64,000 bases of DNA from Anolis carolinensis. Its lineage: Eukaryota. The stretch covers positions 7,316,001-7,380,000 of the forward strand of contig NC_085847.1 of assembly GCF_035594765.1 (NCBI RefSeq). Reading direction: 5' to 3'. The notes beneath the pieces are model-generated. The model saw nothing but the letters and a program-made list of their open reading frames with translations, was not told the DNA's origin and did no database searches. The position numbers were made by a program, and so were the translations under genes. How positions within the stretch are numbered: the stretch's first letter is position 1; each line of letters opens with the position of its first letter. Below are positions 47,501 to 58,255 of the stretch, in pieces.

Positions 47501-50500
47501 TTAAAAATGTATTTGTTATGCAATGCTTTTGACACGAAATAAAAATCCAAGATATTCGCTTATCCAAGGTTCTGCCGGCCCGTTTAGCTTGGATAAGCGA
47601 GACTCTACTGTGTAACTTCCGGGTGAGAAGGGCGGGATTATAAATGTAACAAATAATAAATATTAAATAAAAATAAAATAAAAAACACTCGAAAATATGG
47701 AGAAGTCTATCTTTGTTTGTGGATTGGTTCCAAAGGGCAGAATTAAAAGCTAAGAACTGAAAAGATTTTTCAGGCATCCTTACTTTGAGTGCGATAGTGG
47801 CCTGAGCTATCATAGAGAAGGGTGTATTTTTCTGTTAGCGACTACTTTTAAGAGACCCCAGACAGTCATGGGCTGGACCTGAGACCTTCTGGACACAGAG
47901 AAGGAAGTCTGGTGGCTTCTTTGCTCCTTTCCTTACCTGGCTCTGCAGGGCTAGGCGGGGCCAGCCTCTCTCTGCGCTGCCTCTTGTGAAGCCACGTGGA
48001 CACCACCACTGTCAAGACGTAGAAGATGTACAGCCCAAGGTAACCTGCAAAACCAAAAAAGTTGCTTCACGACAGCCCAGACCGCCCTGATCTCGAGGGC
48101 CTTTAGGCTCCAAAGGCCCCTTGACCTCGTCTAGCAATGGCTTCTACCTCTGGACTTACTCAAGGCTTCTCCCAAGGTGACCTCCTCGAAATAGAGTGCC
48201 ACGAAGGTCAAGAAGACCGCCACCATATAGAAGACGGCATCCCTGAGGAATGGCCTGGAGGCTGCTGTGAAGGGCCGGACCAGGGCTATGCCGCCCGCCA
48301 CGATCGTGGTGACAAAGATGCCGGCACCTAGAAAGAAAACATCGGTTCGGTTAAGTGAATAGCGACCTCTCTCACCCACATGGCCACGGAGATGTGAGAC
48401 TGGGCACAGGGGACGATGACAATGTTCCTTATGCCGGGCTGGTTAGCAGCCAGCTGCAATAAATCACTCTGAGTTTGAAGCCAGCCCATGTTGGGGTGAG
48501 CACCCGACAATGAAAAATAAAACATAGCCCTTGCTCGTTGCTGACCTAAGCAACCCAAAAGATAGTTGCATTGATCAAGTAGGAAATTTAGGTACCATAT
48601 GTGGGGAGGCTAATTTACGACACCATAAAAATCATCCAGCCGCCGTTGGAATGAGGAAGTTGCCGTCGCAGTGGATGATGAAGCAGCTACTCCCCGTGGC
48701 TGGAATCAAACATACCCTCAGGAAGCTGGAAGCTGGAGAAGGTTTAAATTGCCTCTGCGTCTGTCTCTGTCTCTTTTCTATGTTATATGGAATTGAATGT
48801 TTGCCTTATATGTGTACAATGTGATCCACCCTGAGTCCCCTTTGGGGTGAGAAAGAAGGGCGGAATATAAATACTGTAAATAAATAAATAAATAAATAAT
48901 GAATAAATTATGCCAAACGCACTGGGCCAAAGGGACACTCTAAGCACTCCAAGAAGTGCAACGTCTGGAAAACAACACGAGTTCAGAGTGCAAACCAGGA
49001 AGGAAGGAAGCAGGGCAGGTCCCACCAAAGCAGGAAGGGAAAGGAAGAGAAGGACTGCCAATTGCAATTTGTCATAAAGCGTCCGGAACAAACGCATACC
49101 GAAGAGTGCGCCAATGGCTAGACCGGCGGTCCGGGGGTCCGAGAACGCCACCACGGCACTGAAGACGTCTGGTGCCCCATTCCCAAAGGCCAGAAAGGTG
49201 ACACCATGGAAGAGAGCGTTAAGGAAAAGATCGGGTGTCGGATTGGATGCAAAATCCCACTCCAAACCTCATATAAACATACTAGCTGTGCCCGGCCACG
49301 CGTTGCTGTGGCGAAGTATGGTGGTATGGGAAATAAAGTATTGAGGAACTGGTGGTAGTTAAGGTCAAGGGTAAAGGTGTAGAGTCCAGATAATCCAGTT
49401 AAAGCAGATAATATATAAGATTATATGGGTTATATAGCTGTGTGGAAGGGCCTTGAGTCTACACTACCATCTAATCCAGTTAAAATCTGATAATCTGTAT
49501 TTTATAGGCAGTGTGGAAGAGGCCTAAGTGAGGCCTAACTCTGCCTGTCCCCTGGGTGAGTGAGTTGCTAGGAGACCAAGTGGGCGGAGCTTAGCCTTCT
49601 AACTGGCAGCAATTGGATAAAAACAATTCTTCCTCTCCCTCTAATTAGGACTTTATTTTTCTTTTCTTTTTGTTGTATCAACCTAGAGGCATGGATGATG
49701 GGTTGTGTTGTCAATTTTTGAGGTTGTGGGGTGTTTAGTTTTGTTGTTTTGGCGGTCGCCAGGATTCCATCACTCTTTTATATATATAGATGTCACCCTC
49801 CAAAAAAGTGGACACTCATATACATGTTTGCACTAAAGCAGCGTTTCTCAACCTGGGGGTCGGGACGCCTGGGGTGTCAAGGGGGGGGGGGGTCACCAAA
49901 GACCAGTATTTTCTGTTGGTTATGGGGGTTCTGTGTGCCAAGTTTGGTCCAATTCTATTGTTGGTGGAGTTCAGAATGCTCTTTGATTGTCGGTGAACTA
50001 TAAATCCCAGTGACTACAACTCCCAAATGAAAAAATCCACCCCCCCCCCAAACCCTACCAGTATTCAAATTTACTCATATTGGGTATTTGTGCTAAATTT
50101 GGTCCAGTGAGTGAAAATACATCCTGCATATGAGATATTTACATTATAATTCATAGCAGTAGCAAAATCGCAGTTATGAAGTAGCAACAAAAATAATTTT
50201 ATGGTTGGGGTTCAGCACAACATGAAGAACTGTATTAAGGGGTCGCAGCATTAGGAAGGCTGAGATCTTGGCTCTGAAGACGTTATATAATGCTCTATAA
50301 TTAAGCCTACATCATATGAATCTATGGGTAGAAATGATGGGTTGGATCCAGTTAGTCATACTTTCAACAGCCCAACTGGTTTTCTATGGGCCTCCTCCCA
50401 GTAGGACTGGATCCAAGCCATTGTTTCAATAGTTTCAAAGCATATGTTCGTTGCGTGCATACTGCACATAGAATAAACCCATGAAAGGATACTGCCACGT

Positions 50501-50596
50501 TGTGGGACAACTTCAGCTTGGTGGAGATGGCAGACAAATTGGGACAGAAGCTGAAGGGGGAAGAGAAAGAAAGAAAGATCGAACGAGAAAGCACAG

Positions 50597-50629
<33 letters not shown>

Positions 50630-52785
50630 TTCAAAGACTATGGCAGAAACCAGTGCAGGTGGTCCCGGTGGTGATCGGCACATTGGGTGCCGTGCCAAAA
50701 GATCTCAGCTGGCATTTGGAAACAGTAGACATTGACAAAATCATGATCTGCCAACTGCAAAAGGCCACCCTACTGGGATCTGCAGCATCATCCGAAAATA
50801 CATCACACAGTCCTAGACACTTGGGAAGTGTTCGACTTGTGGTTTTGTGATACGAAATCCAGCATATCTATCCTGTTTGCTGTGTCATACAATGTAGTTG
50901 TATCAATAATAATAATAATAAAAAACTTTATTTATACCCCGCCACCATCTCCCCGTGGGGACTCGGGGCGGCTTACATGGGGCAGAGGCCCAAACAACAT
51001 AGGACAAAATATAGGCAACATAATGCAAATCACACTATAAAAAGAAAAAAATAGTAATACAATATATCAATTAAAACAAAAATACAGGATAAAAAATTGC
51101 ATTTAAAACACATAAATGGTAAAATCGTAATAAATACAGGATAGATTATTTAAAAAAACCCTCTGGGGCTGATTAATTAAGCACTTTTTGATCCATGTTC
51201 TCCTGGATAAGAATTCTGCTCCCCATTTTCCTTCTGTCCCTCCAAACTGTAGTTGCTTAAAACTTCAGTTGGGCATGTAAAAAAATACAGTTTAGAAAAA
51301 GGGAAGGGAAAGTGATCAACGGAAGGTGGACACAGCGCATAGAAGAGGGAACCCTTTCCAGGGTCTCCCAAAACTTCTGGAGTTTGACTTACAATTTCTC
51401 CGCGGTGACACCAAGGATCACAAAGAGGTAAAGGAGCCACAGCGCCTGCAGGAAACCAAAGGGAAGAGTCTCACGGCACTTCTTCTTTGGAAGGGTGAAA
51501 TCCAGAACCAATTCCCTGAACGTGAGTCACCATGGCACTGCCTCATGCGTTGCAACGGCTTCTCTCAAAGATGTGGTGCTTGGTGCGCCACAAATGGCTT
51601 GATTCTTGGCCCGACTACAAATCCGTTCTGCCCGCCACGCTTTTAGCCCTGAAGTGGCTGGTCCAAACCTATCGTTCCCAAGCTCTGCTTATTCTCCACT
51701 CTATCGTCCTGAGATGCTGAGACACCAAGTCCTTTGAGAAAAGCCCACCCAAAGGAGAACGTCCTCCTGCTGCTCCTGCCCCCCGGCATCTTTCATGCCA
51801 GACCTTCAGAGATCCCATCACAAGCCAAGCAGAAAGAAAAGGGGTCCTCCCCCCCCTTCCCAACCCATGGCTTTGGCCCTTACATAAAGGGTGATGGCCA
51901 GAGGCTGCAGGGAAGCTGGGAAGACGCAGAAGACGCCGTTGAGGTAGTTGAGGAACCCGCCTTCCATCTGACAGTCCGGGTTGGTCTTGATGAAGGAGCA
52001 GCGCCCAGAGCTGTTCTGCTTCTTCACCTCTCTGCACTAGAATAGAGAGAGAGGGAAAGTAAACAGAGAGGGGACATTACTCCAAAAGGGAATGTAAAGG
52101 ATGGGCGGAAAGGAAGAGAGAGAGAAGAAAGGAGAGGAAGGGGAGTGAAAGAAAAGAGCAAAAAGAAGAGGGAGGGAAAGAAGGGATTTTTTATCGTGAG
52201 AACATACTGCAAGTCGCTTCTGGTGTGAGAGAATTGGCCGTCTACAGAGACTTTGCTCTGATGTGTTACCATCCTGCTGGGAGGCTTCTCTCATGTCCCT
52301 GCATGGGAAGCTAGAGCTGACAGGCAGGAGCTCACCCCGTCTTGCGGATTCGAACCACCAACCAACCCATTGTGCCACTGCGGCTCCAAGGAAGGGATTA
52401 GAAGACCACAAAGAGAGAAAGAGCAAAGGGAAGAGTGAAGGAGGGAAGGAAAGAACCAAGGAAGGGGTTCCAATACTAGAAAAAAGACACCAGATGATCC
52501 CAATGGCCTTCCATCCTATATTTATGAAGGACGTTTCCAAGAGTAGCAACCAAACTAACTTGCCCCACAGACAACGACAAGCTTCTCCCGTTCAGGAAGG
52601 AGAGAGGAACTTCCCCTACTTACATCCACGTGTGGACCCGGGTCCAGGACCCTGATGGCCTGCCCTCTGCTGTCCAAGGGAAGAGGCACCGAGCCCTCGG
52701 CATCCTGAGATCCCAAAGGAGATCCTCGAGCGTTGGCCTCTCCAAAGAGCATCCAGGCCACAGCAACGACCCAGACAGTTTGCAT
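39072..52785 (-). CDS. SLC8B1: Mitochondrial Na+/Li+/Ca2+ exchanger NCLX, 15 coding exons, ~586 aa
   Basis: Exons 52624-52785, 51884-52036, 51393-51445, 50493-50550, 49100-49205, 48160-48327, 47937-48044, 46561-46620, 46187-46317, 45036-45177, 44668-44789, 42686-42839, 40743-40823, 40078-40142, 39072-39269 (1761 nt, in frame). Alpha-1 repeat GVTFLAFGNGAPDVFS and alpha-2 repeat GLTLLAWGNSIGD. Confidence 0.96.
39490..39752 (-). mobile_element. R4/Dong LINE 3' fragment in (TAA)n
   Basis: Reverse complement of the 5301-5578 sequence, with TTA repeats on both sides. Confidence 0.8.
40143..40742 (-). other. SLC8B1: U12-type (minor spliceosome) GT-AG intron of SLC8B1
   Basis: 5' site A|GTATCCTTGG; branch-like TCCTGAAC at 40160-40153, ~11 nt before CAG; no long polypyrimidine tract. 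Confidence 0.85.
40441..40680 (+). mobile_element. tRNA-headed SINE with L2-type tail (internally deleted), preceded by a CR1-like 3' remnant (40382-40440)
   Basis: GGGGCTGTGGCGCAG...AGTTCGAGGCC head; tail GCCCTGAGTCCCCTTCGGGGTGAGAAAGAAGGGCGG(TAAA)n. Confidence 0.65.
41419..41726. mobile_element. Tc1/mariner-type MITE (runs into gap)
   Basis: TIR CAGTAGAGTCTCACTTATCCAA; internal sequence inverted relative to the 14370 copy. Confidence 0.85.
41727..41902. other. Assembly gap
   Basis: Run of N. Confidence 1.
42159..42613 (-). mobile_element. Non-autonomous Helitron
   Basis: 5' TC...hairpin-CTAG 3', A|T site; near-identical to 2083-2558. Confidence 0.85.
43346..43668. mobile_element. Tc1/mariner-type MITE between two tandem LINE 3' ends (43200-43340, 43700-43835)
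   Basis: TIRs and TA TSD; the flanking ~135-bp duplicated tail reads ...GTGAGCCGCCCCGAGTCCC...GGAGATGGTGG...ATAAATAAAGTTTATT. Confidence 0.8.
43962..44490 (-). mobile_element. Tandem array of three R4/Dong LINE 3' ends
   Basis: Copies at ~43963-44054, 44072-44164 and 44190-44490, separated by TTA repeats. The longest encodes KNYQDLKIELQRLWQKPVQVVPVVMGTLG. Confidence 0.8.
45580..46157. mobile_element. Tc2/pogo-like DNA transposon remnant with an internal 37-bp tandem repeat
   Basis: Terminus CCGTACATACTCGAGTATAAGCCGA; internal repeat TAATAATAGAGAAAAATAATAAATGTAATAATACCAA about 4 times (45990-46120); related copy at 55578-55955. Confidence 0.65.
46670..47001 (-). mobile_element. Non-autonomous Helitron (short variant)
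   Basis: Same termini as the other copies, with a different shorter interior. Confidence 0.85.
47006..47610. mobile_element. Two adjacent Tc1/mariner-type MITEs (47006-47085 internally deleted; 47101-47610 rearranged)
   Basis: TIR pairs CAGTAGAGTCTC...GAGACTCTACTG. Confidence 0.85.
48430..48900 (+). mobile_element. SINE with L2-type 3' tail
   Basis: Tail CCCTGAGTCCCCTTTGGGGTGAGAAAGAAGGGCGGAATATAAAT(TAAA)n; body shared with 40441-40680. Confidence 0.65.
49282..49790 (-). mobile_element. Non-autonomous Helitron with captured MITE fragment
   Basis: TC...CTAG termini; the interior 49378-49525 resembles the 4832-4978 MITE family. Confidence 0.85.
49839..50271 (+). mobile_element. SPIN (Space Invader) hAT non-autonomous element
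   Basis: 5' CAGCGTTTCTCAACCTGGGGGTCG; 3' ...GTTATGAAGTAGCAACAAAAATAATTTTATGGTTGGGG...AACTGTATTAAGGGGTCGCAGCATTAGGAAGGCTGAGA, matching SPIN termini as I recall them; degenerate 8-bp TSD CACTAAAG/CTCTGAAG. Confidence 0.8.
50631..50893 (+). mobile_element. R4/Dong LINE 3' fragment in (TAA)n
   Basis: Same sequence family as 5301-5578. Confidence 0.8.
52200..52388 (-). mobile_element. tRNA-derived SINE (Sauria-SINE-related)
   Basis: Minus-strand head GGAGCCGCAGTGGCACAATGGG...GGTTCGAATCCGCAAGACGGGGTGAGCTCC. Confidence 0.65.
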
Positions 52786-55269
52786 GATGCCAAATCTAAA
52801 AGGAACCACTGCCTACTTCAAACTTCTGCACATCACGGCATCATCTGTCTCGGAAGCAAGCGGAGAAAAGGGAGACGAAGTCAAGCCCTGGGCTCTAACC
52901 ACCAGGATATTTCACAAATGCAAACCGTTGGTGGAAATGGAGAAGTGAAGCTTGCCTGGCAGAAAGGTGGAAAAGGCTCCTTCCCTTTGTCGAGAGCCGG
53001 AGCTGCGGAGAAGCAGAAGGGAAAAAGTCACTTTCGGTTGGATCCCGCGGCTAAAAGTAGGAAGCAGCCTGGCTACGAACGCCAGCAATTGATCTGAATC
53101 TGTGAAGGCCGGGGACGCAATAACGCAAGACATTTGTCACCTCGAGGAAAGAAAAGGCGCAGGTACAGAAGAAGGGCTTTCCACTTGAGGCTGACCTTTG
53201 GAGGTCTAGACAAGGAGGAAACCTGAACATGGGCAACCCTTGGCCGCTCTGCCACAAAAGTCCTGACAGAGGTCACCAAGCCAATCGACTCGAAAGCCAA
53301 ACACAGACCATTTCTAGAGGACTTCTTTTTTCAAAAAAAAGTCATTATCATCATCATCATCATTTAATTACTTATTAATCGCCCTCCATCCAAGATGCTC
53401 TAGGCGATTTACAAGATAAAATTGTAAAGGATAAAAATATATACATACAAATATTGATAAAATTAACCTAGATTAAAAGCTCTAGTAAAGAGCCAGGTCT
53501 TGAGTCCAAACCATTATCAGCTGGTTTGTTTGCCCAGCCTTCCAACTTCGAAGATAATAAACCCAGCGTTCATTCTTTCTTAGAGGGAGTCCGTCCCTCA
53601 TCCTTCCTCAACTTGGACTTCTTAGAAAATAACAGAAAAGGGATAGACAGGTTTATTTCTCAGTGTTATCATTTTGCGTGTATTCATTCATAGAGCTGCT
53701 CCATCCAGCTTTGGCATCAGCCTGCGGTTGAAAAATGCATTATCGCCTTTAATGTGTATTACAAATACATGGATTAGACACTCCGAAAGCACCTTTCCGC
53801 AGAGTAAAATATGCCTTGGACTCTAAGAGGCCCCCATCAATTAAATTATTTAGAGATTTAACCAAGTGTATTTCCTATAAAAGACATCATATACTTTTGA
53901 GACCCGAATGTCAAAATCTAAGAATGTTTGAATGCGGACAGAGGCAGAAAGTCACTTTTCCCACCTTGTAAGCCTTCCCATTCAATCGCAAGCAGGATCG
54001 AGGAGCAAAGGGCATATTTATACAATAAAAGGTCCACTTGACGGGATCGAAAATCCCTCAAAGGGATTTCCCTTGGCCTCGTTCAATCTTTAACCTCAAT
54101 ATCCTGCTGTCGGTAAGCTGAGAAACTATCACTTTTTATTATGCTTAGAATGAGACTTTGAAGACGCGGCTGATTTCAGTGGCCGGGAATCATACATCTG
54201 TGACTTTAAATTACTTTTAATTCAATTGGATTTTAAGAGCACAATTTGTTCTGGGGTGTTTTTAAATATTTGACGTTTTGAATTTTGCTGCAAACAGTCT
54301 CAAGCCTTAGTTTCAGGGAAAGAAGCAGGAAACAGACAGATCAATACTGCAGGTAAGTTCCATATCTGATCATAAATTACCATCCAGGTCCTTTGAAAAC
54401 CTGGAAGTAATAACTCATAGGATTGTGGGAACGACATTCATCTTTCACCTGTCGTTCTATTTATTTTTGGTTGATTTAATTGTCAAACTTCTGCATTAGC
54501 TGCTGTTTGAATGGTTTGAGGCTTTACCTTCTATTGGGTTCTGAAAACAATAAGCGATGGACCCTGAAACGGAGGGATTTCTTTTTAAACTGCCAGCTTT
54601 ACCTGGCTATTCTTAACCTCCTGTGAGTCAGAAATCCCTTCAGATGTATTCCAAATCTCCCAGAGATCCACCAGCAGCTCCTGATCATGAGCTTAGAAGA
54701 GTTATTTTGGGATGGGAGCTCCCAGAACCCACTGGAAGCATAGCCATGCGAGATTCTGGAAGCTGTAGTCCATCAAACCAAATGTGTCCACGTTCCAGAT
54801 CTACCTTTTAGTTCCAAAATAAAATGGTTCAAAGAGGAAAACAAGAGCAGAAGAACGCTTTGCAATTTGTAAACACCCATTGCTCTCTCTACAGAGACAC
54901 TGAAAAAGACCATTCGAACTATCATTCCCGGCTCAGCAGCCAATGACTCAATAACGGCGGCTCCCAGCAGGCCAAAAGGATGCACATTACCTACTTATGC
55001 ACCGATGGAATGAGAAAAGTGGTTGCCCATTAGCTCCTAATAGCTTTCGGAGGCATGCGGGTCGGGAAAGGAGACGCCAACATACCTGGATAGACTGACT
55101 GACAAGGATCTGGGTAGGACAGAGGAAAGCGAGACGAAATTACAACTATTATAGCTCAAGATATCCCCATCTTGCTCAGCAGAGCCGTCCGTACCAATAT
55201 GGGGCAAGATCTTGGGAGCAGTAGTCCCCCAAAGCGACTTTCTCATGCTTTGGTTGCCCAGCAACATGC

Positions 55270-55955
55270 TAATAATATAATATGTATTACACATATATAC
55301 TGTATATTGTATATAATATACAATATAAAATACAGTAATATATAATAATATATTGTATGTACATATAATATTGATAATAATATAATACAATACTAATAAT
55401 TATACAGTATAATAATATTAATTATGTATTACATGTAAAATTACAATACAGTGGTATAGTATAATATAGTATAATGCTCATATTGTGCTATGCTAATAAT
55501 ATAATATATTATAGTGTGTGTACATAAAACTTGTAAGCCGCTCTGAGTCCCCTTCGGGGTGAGAAGGGCAGGATATACCACATATACTCGAGTATAAGCC
55601 TAGTTTTTCAGCCCTTTTTTAGGGCTGAAAAAGTTCCCCTCGGCTTATACTCGAGTCAGGGTCCTGGCCAGCTTATATCCAGGTCAGCTTATACTCGAGT
55701 ATATAGGTAATCAGAGCTGGACAGTCTTATCTTATTAAAGCCTTTTTATTATCTTATATTACGGTTTTATATAAATATTCAGAAACATTTAACCTACTGA
55801 TGCCTCAATTAATGTAATTCTATTAATATCTATTTTTATTTTTGGAATTTATCAGTAGCTGCTGCATTTCCCACCCTCATCTTATACTGGAGTCAATAAG
55901 TTTTCCCAGTTTGTTTGTGGTAAAATTAGGTGGGTCAGCTTATACTCGAGTATAT
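55270..55955. mobile_element. AT-rich L2-tail retroposon (55270-55577) abutting a Tc2/pogo-like remnant (55578-55955)
   Basis: L2-type tail at 55531-55577; repeated CTTATACTCGAG motifs, and reverse-complement similarity to 45580-45800. Confidence 0.65.
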
Positions 55956-56418
55956 AAATGTAGTAAATAAATAAATAAGTACACCCTCTAAATTAATCCA
56001 GGTGAACATCTGAATGTGTGAAGAGGCCGACCCTGGTTGATAATGGCATAAAGATGTTCTAACACTGGCACGGATCAATACTGTGCCAGGCAAACTGCAT
56101 TACTTTCCTAGGCTGGTATCATAGGTTATAATCAACAAAGCCGAGAAATTAACCAACTGATAGAAATAGGCCACGGTAAAGGGGGAGATTGGGGGTGTCA
56201 GCACAATGGACTTTTGGAAGCTGGAATTGCTGGAAAAGGCCAAGTCCCCATTCGACTTGAAGGCACCCTGTCATTGCATTCCTACCAATTTCTGCATTTC
56301 CAGCCTAACCTGATTTGCAAGGCAGTTGGAAAGATCACTGGCAGAACCAAACAGGACCCCTTCGCCGCCTTGAAGGAAAAGGCAGTGTACAGACCCAACA
56401 AAGACATATACAGTAGAG

Positions 56419-57137
56419 CAGGGGTCCCCAAACTAGGGCCCGGAGGCCGGATGTGGCACTCTGAGGTCATTTACCTGGCCCCCGCCCTCAGTTTTATAAT
56501 ATAATATATTCTATATACATATAATATTGATAATAATATTATAATGTAATACAAAATAACACTAATAATAATACCATATAATAATATTAATTATATATTC
56601 TATATTACATATAATATTACTAATAATATTACAGTATAGTGGTATAGTTCAATATAGTAATATTTAATGCTAATATTGTGCTATGCTAATCATATAATAT
56701 ATTGTATGTACATATAATTAGTAAGCCACTCTGAGTCCCCTTTGGGGTGAGAAGGGTGTGATACAAATGTAGTAAATAAATAAATATTAAATAAATAAAT
56801 TTTAGACTTAAGCTCGCCCAAAGTCTGAAAGGCACACAACAACAACAACAATCCTAATTAACTTGACTATCTCATTGGCCAGAAGCAGGACCACACTTCC
56901 CATTGAAATCCTGATAAATGTATGTTGGTTAAAATTGTTTTTTTATTTTTTAATATTGTATTGTTCTTTCATTGTTCTTGTTGCTGTTGTTGTTGTTGTT
57001 GTTTTTGCACTACAAATAAGACATGTGCAGTGTGCACTGGAATTTGTTTGTATTTTTTTTTCAAATGATAATCCGGCCCCTCAACAGTCTGAAGGATTGT
57101 GGACCGGCCCTCAGATTAAAAAGTTTGAGGACCCCTG
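56419..57137. mobile_element. hAT MITE with 8-bp TSD, inserted into a mariner MITE TIR and itself carrying a retroposon
   Basis: TIRs CAGGGGTCCCCAAACT / AGTTTGAGGACCCCTG; TSD CAGTAGAG (56411-56418) / CCGTAGAG (57138-57145). Confidence 0.85.
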
Positions 57138-57145
57138 CCGTAGAG

Positions 57146-57864
57146 TCTCACTTATCCAACATAAATGGGCCGGCAGAACGTTGGATAAGTGAAAATGTTG
57201 GATAATAAAAAGGGATTAAAGAAAAGCCTATTACACATCAAATTACGTTATGATTTTACAAATTAAGCACCAAAACATCATGCTTTCAACAGAAAAAGCA
57301 GTTCAATACATGGTAACATTATGTAGTAATTACTGTATTTATGACTTTTGCACCAAAACATTGCAATGTTTTGAAAACATTGACTACAAAAACATTGACT
57401 ACTAAAAGGCAAACTACATCGGATAATACAGAATGTTGGATAAGCGGAGGTTGGATAAGTGTATCTATCACAATCTGTCCAAGGAAGACTATATTATTAT
57501 TGTTGTTGTATAAATAAATAGAATAGGAATAATGATGACAATAATAATAATACAGTAGGAGTCTCGCTTATCCAACGTAAAGGGGCTAGCAGAACGTTGG
57601 ATAAGCGAATATGTTGGATAATAAGGAGAGATTAAGGAAAAGCCTATTAGGTTATGATTTTACAAATTAAGCACCAAAACATCATGTTATACAACAAATT
57701 TGACAGGAAAAGTAGTTCAATATGCAGTAATGCTATGTAGTAATTATTGTATTTACGAATTTAGCACCAAAATATCACGATATATTAAAAACATTGACTA
57801 CCAAAATGCGTTGGATAATCCAGAACGTTGGATAAGCGAGGCTTGGATAAGTGAGACTCTACTG
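57146..57864. mobile_element. Two Tc1/mariner-type MITEs (57146-57460 remainder of the interrupted copy; 57553-57864)
   Basis: TCTCACTTATCCAA... internal family sequence; TIR GAGACTCTACTG at 57853-57864. Confidence 0.8.
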
Positions 57865-57929
57865 TAATAATAATAACAATAAAAACAACAACAATAGCAA
57901 TAACAACAACAATAATAACAATAATAATA

Positions 57930-58255
57930 ATGTGTTGTCGAAGGCTTTCATGGTCGGAATCACTGGGTTGCTGTGAGTTTTCCGGGCTGTCTGGCAAATG
58001 TTCCAGAAGCATTCCCTCCTGACGTTTCGCCCACATCTATGGCAGGCATCCTCAGAGGTTGTGAGGTCTGTTGGAAACTATGCAAGTGGGATTTGATTCC
58101 CCCAGGCAGGAATCAGCCAGACCTTGAAGATTCAATGCTAATCAAGGTGGACAATCGAAACATTAACACCCGCCTCCAAGAGACAATGGTTCTTTCTCCC
58201 ACATTGAACATTCCACAGATATCTAAATCCACTTGCCTAGTTTCCAACAAACCTG
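57930..58255 (-). mobile_element. Penelope-like element terminal-repeat fragment
   Basis: GGGTTGCTGTGAGTTTTCCGGGCTG...CCTGACGTTTCGCCCACATCTATGGCAGGCATCCTCAGAGG; contains a hammerhead motif typical of PLEs. Confidence 0.7.
58018..58058 (-). ncRNA. Minimal type-I hammerhead ribozyme motif (PLE-type)
   Basis: CCT-CTGAGGA-T-GCCTGC-CATAGAT-GTGGGC-GAAA-CG-TC-AGG: core CUGANGA/GAAA, stem II, palindromic ACGU stem III, GUC cleavage triplet, and CCU/AGG stem I. Confidence 0.75.

Larger units (their letters stand above)
49206..50492 (-). other. SLC8B1: U12-type intron of SLC8B1 with non-canonical GT-AT termini
   Basis: 5' GCA|GTATCCTTTC; branch TTTTCCTTAAC at 49228-49218; then GCTCTCTTCCAT|GGTGTCACC. 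There is no AG between the branch site and the exon, and the join gives HNVA-GVTF. Confidence 0.88.

Noticed and set aside
47420-47545. Filler as a telomerase-RNA retrocopy
   Set aside because: I could see no match to recalled vertebrate TERC template-flanking or pseudoknot motifs; left as a check only.
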